Assembly: GCA_910585725.1 (NCBI GenBank)
Contig: CAJUFA010000010.1
Span: 21,450-85,449 of the forward strand
From: an uncultured Dorea sp.
Lineage (GTDB): Bacteria; Bacillota; Clostridia; Lachnospirales; Lachnospiraceae
Direction: 5' to 3'
DNA: 64,000 nt
A program made the translations under genes and the position numbers. This document shows, in pieces, positions 37,071-46,700 of this stretch (positions are counted from its first letter, which is position 1; each line of letters starts with the position of its first letter). The notes beneath the pieces were generated by a model. It did not search any database and was not told the origin of the DNA. It saw only the letters and a list, made by a program, of their open reading frames with translations.

Positions 37071-38324
37071 ATGTACGACCGTTTTAAAGGAAGGGTGTAT
37101 AGTGTAGGAGATGGATTTTGTTACGAAGGAATAATTAAAGAAAATACTTCCAATAGCTATCATTTTGTGATAGATTGTGGCAGTCAGGCGCCTAAAAACA
37201 GGAAGCAAAAAGTAGGAGAATTATCAAGTACAACAGAATGTAATAGTCGGTTGAAGGAAATAACAGATGAGATAGTTAGTAATGGAGATCATATTGATTT
37301 GTTTATATTAACACATCTGCATGTCGATCATTATAACGGGATTAAGATGCTTTTTCAAAGCGGGATTCCGGATATGATTATAATGCCTTATTTATATCCG
37401 GAAGAAAGATTATGCTTAATAATAAATAACGATATGGATGACGATGATTCCCTATTTTTGGCAGATCCGTATACTACTGTTTTGAATTTGGCAAAAGAAA
37501 GTAATCCCGACGCGAAATTAATTTTGTTTAGAGGAAATGTAGACAACGTTGACGATGATGATCTTGATGACAGGCAGACCGACGACTCAATCGTATGGGG
37601 AGTACCATATGAAGATTCTGAATATATATTGGAGGTGGAAGATATCAGACTGTCTGACGCGGAAGTAGTAAGCGTCACCCAAAAGAATATAGAAATTTTT
37701 GACGGTATTTGGGTATTTAAATTTTTTAATTTGGAAATAGATAAAGCTGATATTGATGTATTAAAAAAAATAGTCGGAAAATTGACGGCAAAACACTTGT
37801 ATAACAATATTGCTAGCCTAAAAAAACAGTATAAAAAGATTGCTAAAAATCTTTTTAATGATTTTAATAATACTTCAATTGTTACATATCATGCTCCGTT
37901 TCATAATTATAGTAGATGTGGGACTTTAATAACCGGAGATATTGACTTGAATCATAATATTGTTGATTCGATATTGGATTATTTTAATAACGAAATGGAT
38001 AAAATCGGACTGTTTTCTATACCGCATCATGGATCTAAGGCAAATTGGAATAAAAAATTGATTGATAGCGGGGTTTTAAAAAGTAGCATATGTTTTGCTT
38101 CTACACATAATTATTACTCAAATAGAATGATGCCTGATATGATGTCTGATCTGAGATGTCAAAATATTTGTGCGTTAGTAGTAGATGAAAATCGTTTTAG
38201 TGAAATTGAGCAGATTATTGATAATTCATATTCTCCATACATTTTAAATAAAAGTCATAAAAACTATAAAATAGAGGCTTTGTTAGGAAAAGAGCCTGTA
38301 AGAATGATTATAATACGGCCATAA
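37071..38324 (+). CDS. MBL-fold metallo-hydrolase, ComEC/Rec2-type motif set, with acidic insertions
   Basis: Motifs HFVIDCGS, THLHVDHYNG (HxHxDH), TYHAP, LITGDID and IPHHGSKANW. Poly-Asp inserts DMDDDD and DNVDDDDLDD. AT-rich. Starts 15 nt after the kinase stop. Confidence 0.7.
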   Translation: MYDRFKGRVYSVGDGFCYEGIIKENTSNSYHFVIDCGSQAPKNRKQKVGELSSTTECNSRLKEITDEIVSNGDHIDLFILTHLHVDHYNGIKMLFQSGIPDMIIMPYLYPEERLCLIINNDMDDDDSLFLADPYTTVLNLAKESNPDAKLILFRGNVDNVDDDDLDDRQTDDSIVWGVPYEDSEYILEVEDIRLSDAEVVSVTQKNIEIFDGIWVFKFFNLEIDKADIDVLKKIVGKLTAKHLYNNIASLKKQYKKIAKNLFNDFNNTSIVTYHAPFHNYSRCGTLITGDIDLNHNIVDSILDYFNNEMDKIGLFSIPHHGSKANWNKKLIDSGVLKSSICFASTHNYYSNRMMPDMMSDLRCQNICALVVDENRFSEIEQIIDNSYSPYILNKSHKNYKIEALLGKEPVRMIIIRP

Positions 38325-38518
38325 AAATTGGGCCGATGTTTGAGGTTATTCTCACAAGTCTGTCAATTCTACTTATGGAAAGCCAGATGTGCCGTGCCCA
38401 AAATGATTGTTTCCTGTGATTTGTTGTTCTGTGTTCTGGGGAATTACTTACAGAAAAATTAAAAAGAGTCGATAGTAGTCATAGATATATTTGAAATAAC
38501 TATTTGATCGGAGGATTT

Positions 38519-39724
38519 ATGATAGAGTTAAGAGGAAAATATAACGAAGCAAAAGTTTTTACCGACGTAGTAGACGAAGCGTCTATTTCGCAGGTGCTTC
38601 TTTTACTTAATCAAGAATTTGTGGTTGGAAGTAAGATTAGACTTATGCCGGATATTCACGCCGGATCTGGATGTACAATCGGTACTACTATGACTATTAC
38701 AGATAAGATCGTACCTAATCTGGTAGGGGTAGATATCGGATGCGGCATGGAAGTTATTAAGATTAAAGAAAGAAATATGGAGTTACAAAAGCTTGATAAA
38801 TTGATTTATGAAAGGATTCCGTCTGGATTTAATATTAGAGAAAAAGCTCATAGATATTTTAAGGAAATTAATCTGGACGACTTATATTGTTATAAACAGA
38901 TAGACATAAGACGGGCCGAGAAGAGCATGGGGACATTGGGCGGTGGTAATCATTTTATAGAAGCTAATAAAGATAGCGAGGGGAATATTTATATCGTAGT
39001 GCATTCAGGCAGTCGCCATTTGGGATTGGAAGTTGCCAAATATTACCAAGAGGAAGGCTATAAGAAATTGAATGGATCGACACAAAAAGATATCGATGCT
39101 TTGATTATGGATTTGAAAGCACAGGGAAGACAGAAAGAGATTCAGAAAAGTATTGCTGCGTTGAAAAATACAAAGAGAACTAATATTCCTAGACAATTGG
39201 CGTACGTATCGGATGAATTGTTCTTACAATATATACATGATATGAGAATCGTTCAAAATTATGCCGAATTGAATCGAAAAGCAATGATGGATGAAATTGT
39301 AAAAGGAATGAAATTACATATTGTAGATCAATTTACAACGATTCATAATTACATAGATACAGATTCTATGATCTTAAGAAAGGGAGCTGTATCTGCAATG
39401 GATGGAGAAAAGCTGATTATACCTATCAATATGAGGGATGGTTCCTTAATTTGTATTGGGAAAGGAAACGATGAGTGGAATCAATCTGCGCCTCATGGAG
39501 CAGGGAGATTAATGAGCAGGTCGGCAGCGAAAGAATCATTTACGGTTTCAGAATTTAAGAAACAAATGGAAGGTATTTTTACCACGTCTGTTAACCGGGA
39601 TACTCTGGACGAATGCCCGATGGCATACAAAGGGATTGATGATATTGTAAATAACATAGATGAAACGGTTGATATTAATAGAATTATAAAGCCAATATAT
39701 AATTTTAAAGCGAGTGGGGATTAA
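38519..39724 (+). CDS. rtcB: RtcB-family RNA 3'-phosphate/2',3'-cyclic-phosphate ligase
   Basis: Motifs MPDIHAGSGCTIG, GGGNHFIE, VHSGSRHLG, TIHNY and SAPHGAGR (nucleophilic His motif) are all present. The start is at the ATG after GGAGGA. Confidence 0.85.
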   Translation: MIELRGKYNEAKVFTDVVDEASISQVLLLLNQEFVVGSKIRLMPDIHAGSGCTIGTTMTITDKIVPNLVGVDIGCGMEVIKIKERNMELQKLDKLIYERIPSGFNIREKAHRYFKEINLDDLYCYKQIDIRRAEKSMGTLGGGNHFIEANKDSEGNIYIVVHSGSRHLGLEVAKYYQEEGYKKLNGSTQKDIDALIMDLKAQGRQKEIQKSIAALKNTKRTNIPRQLAYVSDELFLQYIHDMRIVQNYAELNRKAMMDEIVKGMKLHIVDQFTTIHNYIDTDSMILRKGAVSAMDGEKLIIPINMRDGSLICIGKGNDEWNQSAPHGAGRLMSRSAAKESFTVSEFKKQMEGIFTTSVNRDTLDECPMAYKGIDDIVNNIDETVDINRIIKPIYNFKASGD

Positions 39725-39801
39725 TGATTATAGAACAGGGGATAATATGATGAATAATTTCATGAATATATGATGTTGGATGTCAGAAAGGGATTTTTAC
39801 T

Positions 39802-40200
39802 GTGATAGAGATTGATTATTTTATATCATTACCACAATTGCAGAAATTATCTGATTTTAAATTACGCCAGTTAATGTTGTGTGCAGAGTGTGAGATGAAA
39901 GAAATTACCCGTGCAAAATGTACGTATTATATGTGTGTTATGGAAAGCAATAGAAGAAATTACGATAAATGGCCGTGTGAAATGGATGTTATTTCGTATG
40001 TAGATATATATGATGAAGATAATAATGTGATTTTTGGATATGGCGATCATTATACGATGTATGTTATTAAGGGGGCGGTGTTGGTATATGACAATCAATG
40101 GATTCCATACTTATTTGGCAGCAATGAGGAAGATCCCATGTGTATTTGGAAATATTTCTGTGTGTCTAGAGATGGGATTGTCAGGTATAATGACGCTTAA
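39802..40200 (+). CDS. Cys-rich hypothetical protein (132 aa)
   Basis: GTG-initiated ORF in the same AT-rich island. Contains CAECEMKEITRAKCTYYMC. No family recognised, and coding status rests on length and context only. Confidence 0.45.
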   Translation: MIEIDYFISLPQLQKLSDFKLRQLMLCAECEMKEITRAKCTYYMCVMESNRRNYDKWPCEMDVISYVDIYDEDNNVIFGYGDHYTMYVIKGAVLVYDNQWIPYLFGSNEEDPMCIWKYFCVSRDGIVRYNDA

Positions 40201-40264
40201 TGAATTGCGACAGTTACTGTATGGGACATTGGCAGATATAAACAGCTTTGTTTATTTTTACTTC

Positions 40265-40280
40265 CTTACAAAACTGTAAG
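40265..40280 (+). promoter_or_regulatory. BceR-type response-regulator operator upstream of the bceAB-like operon
   Basis: Perfect inverted repeat CTTACA-AAAC-TGTAAG, which matches the TNACA-N4-TGTAA type site described for Bce-like modules. TATAAT lies at 40334-40339, and ATG at 40396. Confidence 0.65.
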
Positions 40281-40395
40281 AATAGAAGAGGAAAATGTCA
40301 CCCAATTCGATGGAATGGCATTTCTTTTTTTATTATAATTATCCTTGTAAACAAGAAGAAATCAATAGACATAGTTGTGAAAGGACGGATATCTG

Positions 40396-41163
40396 ATGGC
40401 ATTGTTAGAAGTAAAGAATGTAAAGAAAATATACACGACCAGATTTGGCGGGAACCAGGTGGAAGCGTTGAGAGATGTGAATTTTTCTGTGGAGCCAAGG
40501 GAATATGTGGCGATTATGGGGGAATCAGGCTCCGGAAAGACGACGCTTTTAAATATTCTTGCGGCTCTTGATAAGCCGACCGGAGGCAAAGTCTATCTGA
40601 AAGGCAAGGATTTAAGTTCGGTAAGGGAGAAGGAGATCGCAGCGTTTCGCCGGCAGAATCTGGGGTTTGTGTTTCAGGACTTTAATCTTCTGGATACGTT
40701 TTCACTTAAAGATAATATCTTTCTTCCGCTGGTACTTTCCGGCAAGAAATACGAGGAAATGGCGAAGAGAATCCAACCGATTGCGCGGATGCTTGAGATC
40801 GAGGAGATCCTGGAGAAGTTCCCCTATGAAGTGTCCGGAGGGCAGAAGCAGAGAGCGGCGGTTGCAAGGGCGCTGATTACGAAGCCGCAGCTGATTCTGG
40901 CGGACGAACCAACAGGGGCGTTGGATTCCAGAGCAGCGGACGGGCTTCTGAATCTCTTCATGACGATCAATGAGGAGGGGCAGACAATCCTTATGGTGAC
41001 GCACAGTGTCAAGGCGGCGAGTACTGCGAAGAGGGTATTGTTTATCAAAGACGGAGAAGTATTTCATCAGTTGTACCGCGGCAATCTTACCAATGAACAG
41101 ATGTATCAGAAGATTTCCGATACGCTGACGGTATTGACGACAGGAGGTGACAGGGTTGAGTAG
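40396..41163 (+). CDS. BceA-like ABC transporter ATP-binding protein
   Basis: Walker A GESGSGKTT, signature VSGGQKQR, Walker B ILADEPTGALD. The length (255 aa) and partner gene fit MacB/BceA type. Confidence 0.85.
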   Translation: MALLEVKNVKKIYTTRFGGNQVEALRDVNFSVEPREYVAIMGESGSGKTTLLNILAALDKPTGGKVYLKGKDLSSVREKEIAAFRRQNLGFVFQDFNLLDTFSLKDNIFLPLVLSGKKYEEMAKRIQPIARMLEIEEILEKFPYEVSGGQKQRAAVARALITKPQLILADEPTGALDSRAADGLLNLFMTINEEGQTILMVTHSVKAASTAKRVLFIKDGEVFHQLYRGNLTNEQMYQKISDTLTVLTTGGDRVE

Positions 41164-43141
41164 CTCTATCTATGGAAAACTTGCGTTTACAAATCTTAAG
41201 AATAATCGAAAGACCTATGTCCCCTATATACTCACATCAATCCTGACGGTGATGATGTATTATATTATGGATGCATTGTCGCGAAGTTCCAGCATCGTCG
41301 ATCCAAGTCTTCAATCGGTTTTGTTGTGTGCAGTGGGGGTCATCATGATATTTGCCGTCATCTTTCTGTTCTATACGAACAGTTTCCTGATTAAGCGAAG
41401 GAAGAAGGAGATAGGCGTCTATAATATTCTTGGCATGGGGAAAAGGCATATCGCGCAGATGCTTGTAGTTGAAACCGTGGTTACGGCGGTAATCAGCATA
41501 GGCGCAGGACTGGTCTTTGGAATCATCTTCAGTAAATTCATGTATTTGGCGCTGATTAAGCTTCTGCACTATGACGTACGGATGGAATTCGAGGTATCAG
41601 GGACGAGTATTCGATATACATTGATCCTGTTTGTGGCGATATTTCTGATGACGCTGGTCTTTAATCTGTTTCAGATTCAGGTTTCTAATCCGGTGGAACT
41701 GCTTCACGGAGGAAATCAGGGGGAAAAGGAGCCAAAGACAAAACGGATTATGACGGTCTTTGGAGTGATCATGCTGGCGGTCGGATATTATATTGCGCTA
41801 ACGGTAGAGCAGCCGCTGGCGGCGATTCAGGCATTTTTCGTAGCGGTGGTCTGCGTAATTCTCGGCACCTATGCGCTGTTTACGTCCGGAAGCATCGCTA
41901 TTCTTAAGGGGCTTCGGAAGAATAAGAAGTTCTATTATCAGGCAAAGAATTTCAGCGCGGTGTCCGGGATGATCTATCGGATGAAGCAGAATGCGGTGGG
42001 ACTTGCCAATATTTGTATCTTAAGTACGATGGTGCTGGTTATGATCTCTACAACCATTTCCCTCTATGTAGGAATGGAGGATGTGTTAAGGACGAGATAT
42101 CCGAGAGAGTTCGAGGCGAAGACGAACGTCTCCTCGCCGGAGGCGGATCAGGCGATTGACAGGATCATTGAGGAAGAGATGGCGGACGCAGGAGTGGAAC
42201 CGAAGTCTGTGCTTCGGTATCATGACGGGAGTATGACGGCTGTCAGGCAGGAAGACGGGTTTCAATTGCTGCAGTTTGGAAACTATGCAGAAGAGGATAC
42301 GACGGAGATCATATTGATTCCGCTCGAGGATTATAATCGCATGGAGGGCGAAGAGGGATCTCTTGCGCCGGACGAGGTCTATGCATATAGTACAGGCGAA
42401 GACTGGGGCGGAGATTCTGTCAAGATAGGAGATAAGACATACCGTGTGACAAAGGAACTTAAGAATCTTCAGATTGATCCGAAGAACGCGCAGAATATGA
42501 TGTCCAGTTATTTTTTCATCTTCTCCGACGCAGGGCAGATACAGGAATTGCTGGAAAATGTCTATGAAGACAGCGGTATGCAGGAAGATTGGGTAGAACA
42601 GGTATCTACAATCAATTATCGGGTGGTTTTTGATCTGGAAGGAGACGAAGAGGATTGCCTGAATGTGATGCGGGCCATACAGTCCAGAGTTGAAGGTGAA
42701 GTCAACGCCGCTTTCTGCGAGAGCAGAGAGCTTAGCAGGGAAGAATTCTATTACTTATACGGCGGGCTGCTTTTTATCGGTATTTATCTTGGAGCTTTAT
42801 TTCTGATGGCGACGGTGCTGATCATGTATTACAAGCAGATTTCAGAAGGGTATGACGACAGAGAGCGGTATCAGATTATGCAGAAGGTGGGAATGAGTAA
42901 GCGCGAGGTCAAGGGAGCCATAAGAAGTCAGGTACTTCTGGTATTTTTTCTGCCTCTTGTAACGGCAGTCGTTCATATTACCGTGGCGTTTGACGTGATC
43001 ACAAAGCTTCTGGCGGTACTGAACCTGACGAATGTTTCTTTATTCCTTTCATGTACGATCGCGACGGTAATCGTGTTCGCCGTATTCTATGGCATCGTAT
43101 TCTCGCTGACGGCAAGGGAATATTATAAGATTGTGAATTGA
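41147..43141 (+). CDS. BceB-like FtsX-domain permease (10 TM helices with a large extracellular domain)
   Basis: 664 aa. Motif LAFTNLKNNRKTY, two FtsX-type 4-TM bundles and a ~200-aa soluble insert. The exact start is uncertain (GTG at 41147 or TTG at 41156). Confidence 0.8.
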   Translation: MTGLSSSIYGKLAFTNLKNNRKTYVPYILTSILTVMMYYIMDALSRSSSIVDPSLQSVLLCAVGVIMIFAVIFLFYTNSFLIKRRKKEIGVYNILGMGKRHIAQMLVVETVVTAVISIGAGLVFGIIFSKFMYLALIKLLHYDVRMEFEVSGTSIRYTLILFVAIFLMTLVFNLFQIQVSNPVELLHGGNQGEKEPKTKRIMTVFGVIMLAVGYYIALTVEQPLAAIQAFFVAVVCVILGTYALFTSGSIAILKGLRKNKKFYYQAKNFSAVSGMIYRMKQNAVGLANICILSTMVLVMISTTISLYVGMEDVLRTRYPREFEAKTNVSSPEADQAIDRIIEEEMADAGVEPKSVLRYHDGSMTAVRQEDGFQLLQFGNYAEEDTTEIILIPLEDYNRMEGEEGSLAPDEVYAYSTGEDWGGDSVKIGDKTYRVTKELKNLQIDPKNAQNMMSSYFFIFSDAGQIQELLENVYEDSGMQEDWVEQVSTINYRVVFDLEGDEEDCLNVMRAIQSRVEGEVNAAFCESRELSREEFYYLYGGLLFIGIYLGALFLMATVLIMYYKQISEGYDDRERYQIMQKVGMSKREVKGAIRSQVLLVFFLPLVTAVVHITVAFDVITKLLAVLNLTNVSLFLSCTIATVIVFAVFYGIVFSLTAREYYKIVN

Positions 43142-43153
43142 ACAAATTATATG

Positions 43154-43200
43154 ATGCGCAGAGATATGGAATAGACTTTATCTTCTGCGCATGATATAAT
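43154..43200 (+). promoter_or_regulatory. long stem-loop after bceB overlapping a possible promoter
   Basis: ATGCGCAGA (43154-62) pairs with TCTGCGCAT (43184-92), with inner GATA/TATC pairing. There is no T-run. TAGACT (43172-77), a 17-nt spacer and TATAAT (43195-200) could drive the cupin gene. Confidence 0.4.
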
Positions 43201-43225
43201 TCATACTGTAAGACAGCAGTACAGC

Positions 43226-43337
43226 GAAATATAGGAAGCAAAATATAGGAAGCGAAATATAGGAAGCAAAATATAGGAAGCAGAATATAGAAAGCAGAAT
43301 ATAGAAAGCAGAATATAGAAAGCAGAATACAAAAAGC
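43226..43337 (+). repeat. 8 x 14-bp head-to-tail tandem repeat RRAATATAGRAAGC
   Basis: Units in order: GAAATATAGGAAGC, AAAATATAGGAAGC, GAAATATAGGAAGC, AAAATATAGGAAGC, then AGAATATAGAAAGC three times, then AGAATACAAAAAGC. The array ends 13 nt before the cupin ATG. Confidence 0.95.
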
Positions 43338-43350
43338 GGAGGAGAAAACC

Positions 43351-43695
43351 ATGACAAAAGCGGGAGAAAGAGAAGTAATAAAAGCAGAACACGTAGGCGG
43401 AGGAGCCGGATTCATTATGAAGGAAGCGCTGCTTAGTGTGCAGGAGCTGGGGGATCATTGCAGAATGTTCAGCAAAGTAACTATTCCGCCCAATTGCGAG
43501 CTTGGTCATCATGAGCATCATGGCGAGACGGAGACCTATTACATCCTGAGCGGGACAGGTATGTACGATGATAATGGTAAAGTCCTCCAGGCGGAAGCAG
43601 GAGACGTTTTCTTATGTAAAGACGGCGACGGTCACGGCATGAAGAATACCGGAACAGAGGATCTGACTTTCATAGCTTTGATTTTGAAGAAGTAG
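43351..43695 (+). CDS. cupin-domain protein
   Basis: 114 aa with cupin motifs GHHEHHGETETYYILSG and GDGHGMKNTG. GGAGGAG SD. Confidence 0.8.
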   Translation: MTKAGEREVIKAEHVGGGAGFIMKEALLSVQELGDHCRMFSKVTIPPNCELGHHEHHGETETYYILSGTGMYDDNGKVLQAEAGDVFLCKDGDGHGMKNTGTEDLTFIALILKK

Positions 43696-43741
43696 AAAAT
43701 TCGCGCTGGAAGTAATTTTTTCAGTTTTTCTGCTTCTGGCA

Positions 43742-43771
43742 TTGCCATTCATAATCAAACAATGGTATAAT
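43742..43771 (+). promoter_or_regulatory. sigma-A promoter with extended -10 in front of the large unknown-function gene
   Basis: TTGCCA (43742-47), an 18-nt spacer, then TGgTATAAT (43763-71). Confidence 0.55.
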
Positions 43772-43777
43772 CAGAAG

Positions 43778-46700
43778 ATGAATGCCAGGCAAGGTATGTC
43801 TGTGAATAAGCAACGAAAGAAGCAGGTGTCAGACTTGAAAAATAAAATCCAGAAATTTTCCAAAGGAGATTTTCAGTTATCACAACCTGATGTCATATTT
43901 GATGAGACCAATCTGGTACTCATTATCGGAGAAGGGGAAGTATATCGGGGGAATTTTACAATTAAGGCAGAAGGCGGAAGGAAGGTACGAGGGCTGGTCT
44001 ACTCGTCTTCTTTTCGTGTGCATTTCAGGAATTCAGGGTTTGACGGAAATCCGGCAAAAGTAGAATTCACATATGACGGGAAAGGACTCAGACCGGGGCA
44101 TGTGGAAGACGGTATCTTCACGGTGGTGTGCAACGGAGGGGAATATGAGTTATCAGTTACCGCGATTATCGAGAAACCGTATGTTATGACTTCTTATGGT
44201 AAGGTGCAGAGTACGGATGATTTCCGTAAGCTGGCGATCAAGGATTTTTCGGAAGCAGGGAGGCTGTTCCGTTCCAGAGAGTTCTATGAGATTCTGAAGT
44301 ATGAGAACGAGCGTATCTTTTATCTGTATGATAATATGAGGAAATGGTTCCTGGGAGATCAGGCTCTGGAAGAATTTCTGGTGGGGATCAAGCAGAAGGA
44401 GTGTCTCTTCCTGACGCTTCCCGGAGAAGGAATGCTCTTTGAAGATCTGGCAGAATCGACGAAGGGGACGCTTACGATCGTGAAGAATACATGGGGATTC
44501 ATGCCGATTCATATAGAACCGGAAGGGAAGTTTTTAAAGGTTCAGCGTTCGGAGATCAGCACGGAGGATTTCATCGGGAATGCTTATGAGATCGAATATG
44601 TGGTACGGCCGGAGTTTCTTCATGGGGGACGTAACTTTGGCGCGCTCAGATTCATTACGCCCTACGAGACTCTGACGTATGAGATTGAAGTGCTGCAGAA
44701 CCAGAAGGAATACAGCGAGAACCGCAGGATGCCGGAACTCCTGGTCGCACAGATCCTGAAGGAATATATCGGATATGTGGCGGGAAGGATCGAACTGGAT
44801 AACTGGATGGAAAGCGCGGTTGAGAAGATGATATCCCTTCGGAAGCTGAATCCGCAGAGCGAGATGTATCAGTTGATGCAGGCGCACGTATATCTGGTGG
44901 GGAACAGAACGGAAGAGGCGAAATGGATCCTTGAGAATTACAATTATAACCGGTTTGCGATCGGAAAGGATCCGATGACAAACTGTTATTATCTATATCT
45001 GACGGCGTTGGTGCGGGGGAAGAAGAACCATTCGGAACGTGTGTTGGACGAAGTCGGGAAGACTTATATGAGACATCAGGATTCCTGGCTGTTATTATCC
45101 ATGCTTCTGGATCTGGATTCAAGATATAAGACGCCGTATAAAAGGATTGAATTACTGGAACAGCAGTATCAGTACGAGATGCACGGCGTGCTGTTTTACT
45201 TGGAGGCATACCAGTGTTACCAGGAGAGACCGACGCTTTTAAAAAAGTTAGGACGCTTCGAGATCCAGGTGCTGAATTTTGCGTCAAAATATCGTTTGAT
45301 GACCAAAGAACTGGCTCTGTATGTGGCGAATTTTGCCAGTCAGCAGAAACAGTACAGCGATTCTATGTTCCGGATTCTGGACCGTATTTATAAAATATAT
45401 GACGAACCTATGATATTAAATACGATCTGTACTTTGTTGATTCGGGGAAATAAAGTACAGAAACGATATTTTGTATGGTATCAGCGTGCGGTGGAGGCAG
45501 AGCTTAAGATTGCGCAGCTCTATGAATATTATATGATGACGGTGGATGAAGAAAGTGTAAAGGGACCGCTTCCAAAAGTGATCCTGCTTTATTTCATGCA
45601 TGGAAATTCGCTTAATTATAAGAAGGCGGCGTTATTATATGCGAATCTGGCAATCTATGAGGAGCAGGCGGGAGATCTCTATCTGAATTACCGCGAACAG
45701 ATGGTAGCGTTTACATGGGATCAATTGATGAAGAGGCATATCACGGAATCATTACGTGTTTTGTACAAGCGTTTCTGTAAACCGGAGGAGATGTCGGCGG
45801 ATCGTATGGAGGCCATGCGTGATATCTGCTATTCTTATATGGTCTCAACCAAGGCCGTGAATATGAAGTGTGTTCTGGTGATCGAGAAAGACGGGGAGAT
45901 CCGGCAGAGGGTTCCTTATGACGGAGAAGAAGGGACAGTAATACGGTTATATGATAAAGAGTCCAGAGTCGTATGGGAATCTGTAGAGGGAAGACATTAT
46001 ACAGATTCTATAGTGTACGAGACCCGGCGTCTTTTCTATGAGCCGCGTTTTGTGGAACTATGCCGTAAGTATGCCGCGACAACCGGCGTATGGGAGCAGG
46101 AGAATGAAAAAGAAAAGCCGACGTTCGATGGGGTGAAAGAAAAAGGGATTAACGCATTCGACGAGAAGGATGTATTTCGGCTGTGCAGCAGGAAGATTCG
46201 GGACGATAACTACGAGGAAGATGAATTCCTTAGTTATCTGAGTTTCGAACTGTTCAAGAGGCAGCAATTTGACAAGGTAACCCTGATGTATCTTGCAAAT
46301 TATTATTGCGGTCCTACAAAGAATATGAAGATGCTTTGGAAGGTTTTGAAGGAAAATGAGATTCCTGCCTACAAGATCAGCGAACGCATTATTACACAGA
46401 TGCTGTTCTCGGAGAATCTGCTCCAGGAAGAGTGTATTTTTGAGGACTACTATCGGTCGGATAATGTCTATTTCCGTCTGAAACAGGCATATCTTGCGTA
46501 CGTTTCCAGAGAATACGTGGTATGCGCAAGGGATCTGGAATCAGTTGTATTTGATATTGTTGCGAGCGAATGTGACGAGAAGGAAGACCTGCCGGATATC
46601 TGTAAGATCGCGCTTCTTAAATATTATTCGGATCATGATTATACGGCGGCGCTTGAGGTGGTGCTTCATCAGGTATTAAGAGAGATGTGCGAGAAGCAGA

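Noticed and set aside
40248-40571. 107-aa ORF spanning the bceA promoter and the 5' end of bceA.
   Set aside because: It is out of frame with the well-supported BceA Walker A region and covers the operator/promoter region.
43226-43337. The tandem repeat was considered as a possible CRISPR array.
   Set aside because: The repeats are only 14 bp long and directly abut each other with no spacers. There are no cas genes in the window.
42999-43521. Minus-strand ORFs encoding repetitive peptides (FCFLYSAFYILLPI...).
   Set aside because: The peptide repetition is a by-product of translating the 14-bp DNA tandem repeat, whose unit is not divisible by 3. The ORFs overlap the bceB 3' end and the cupin gene and have no start context.
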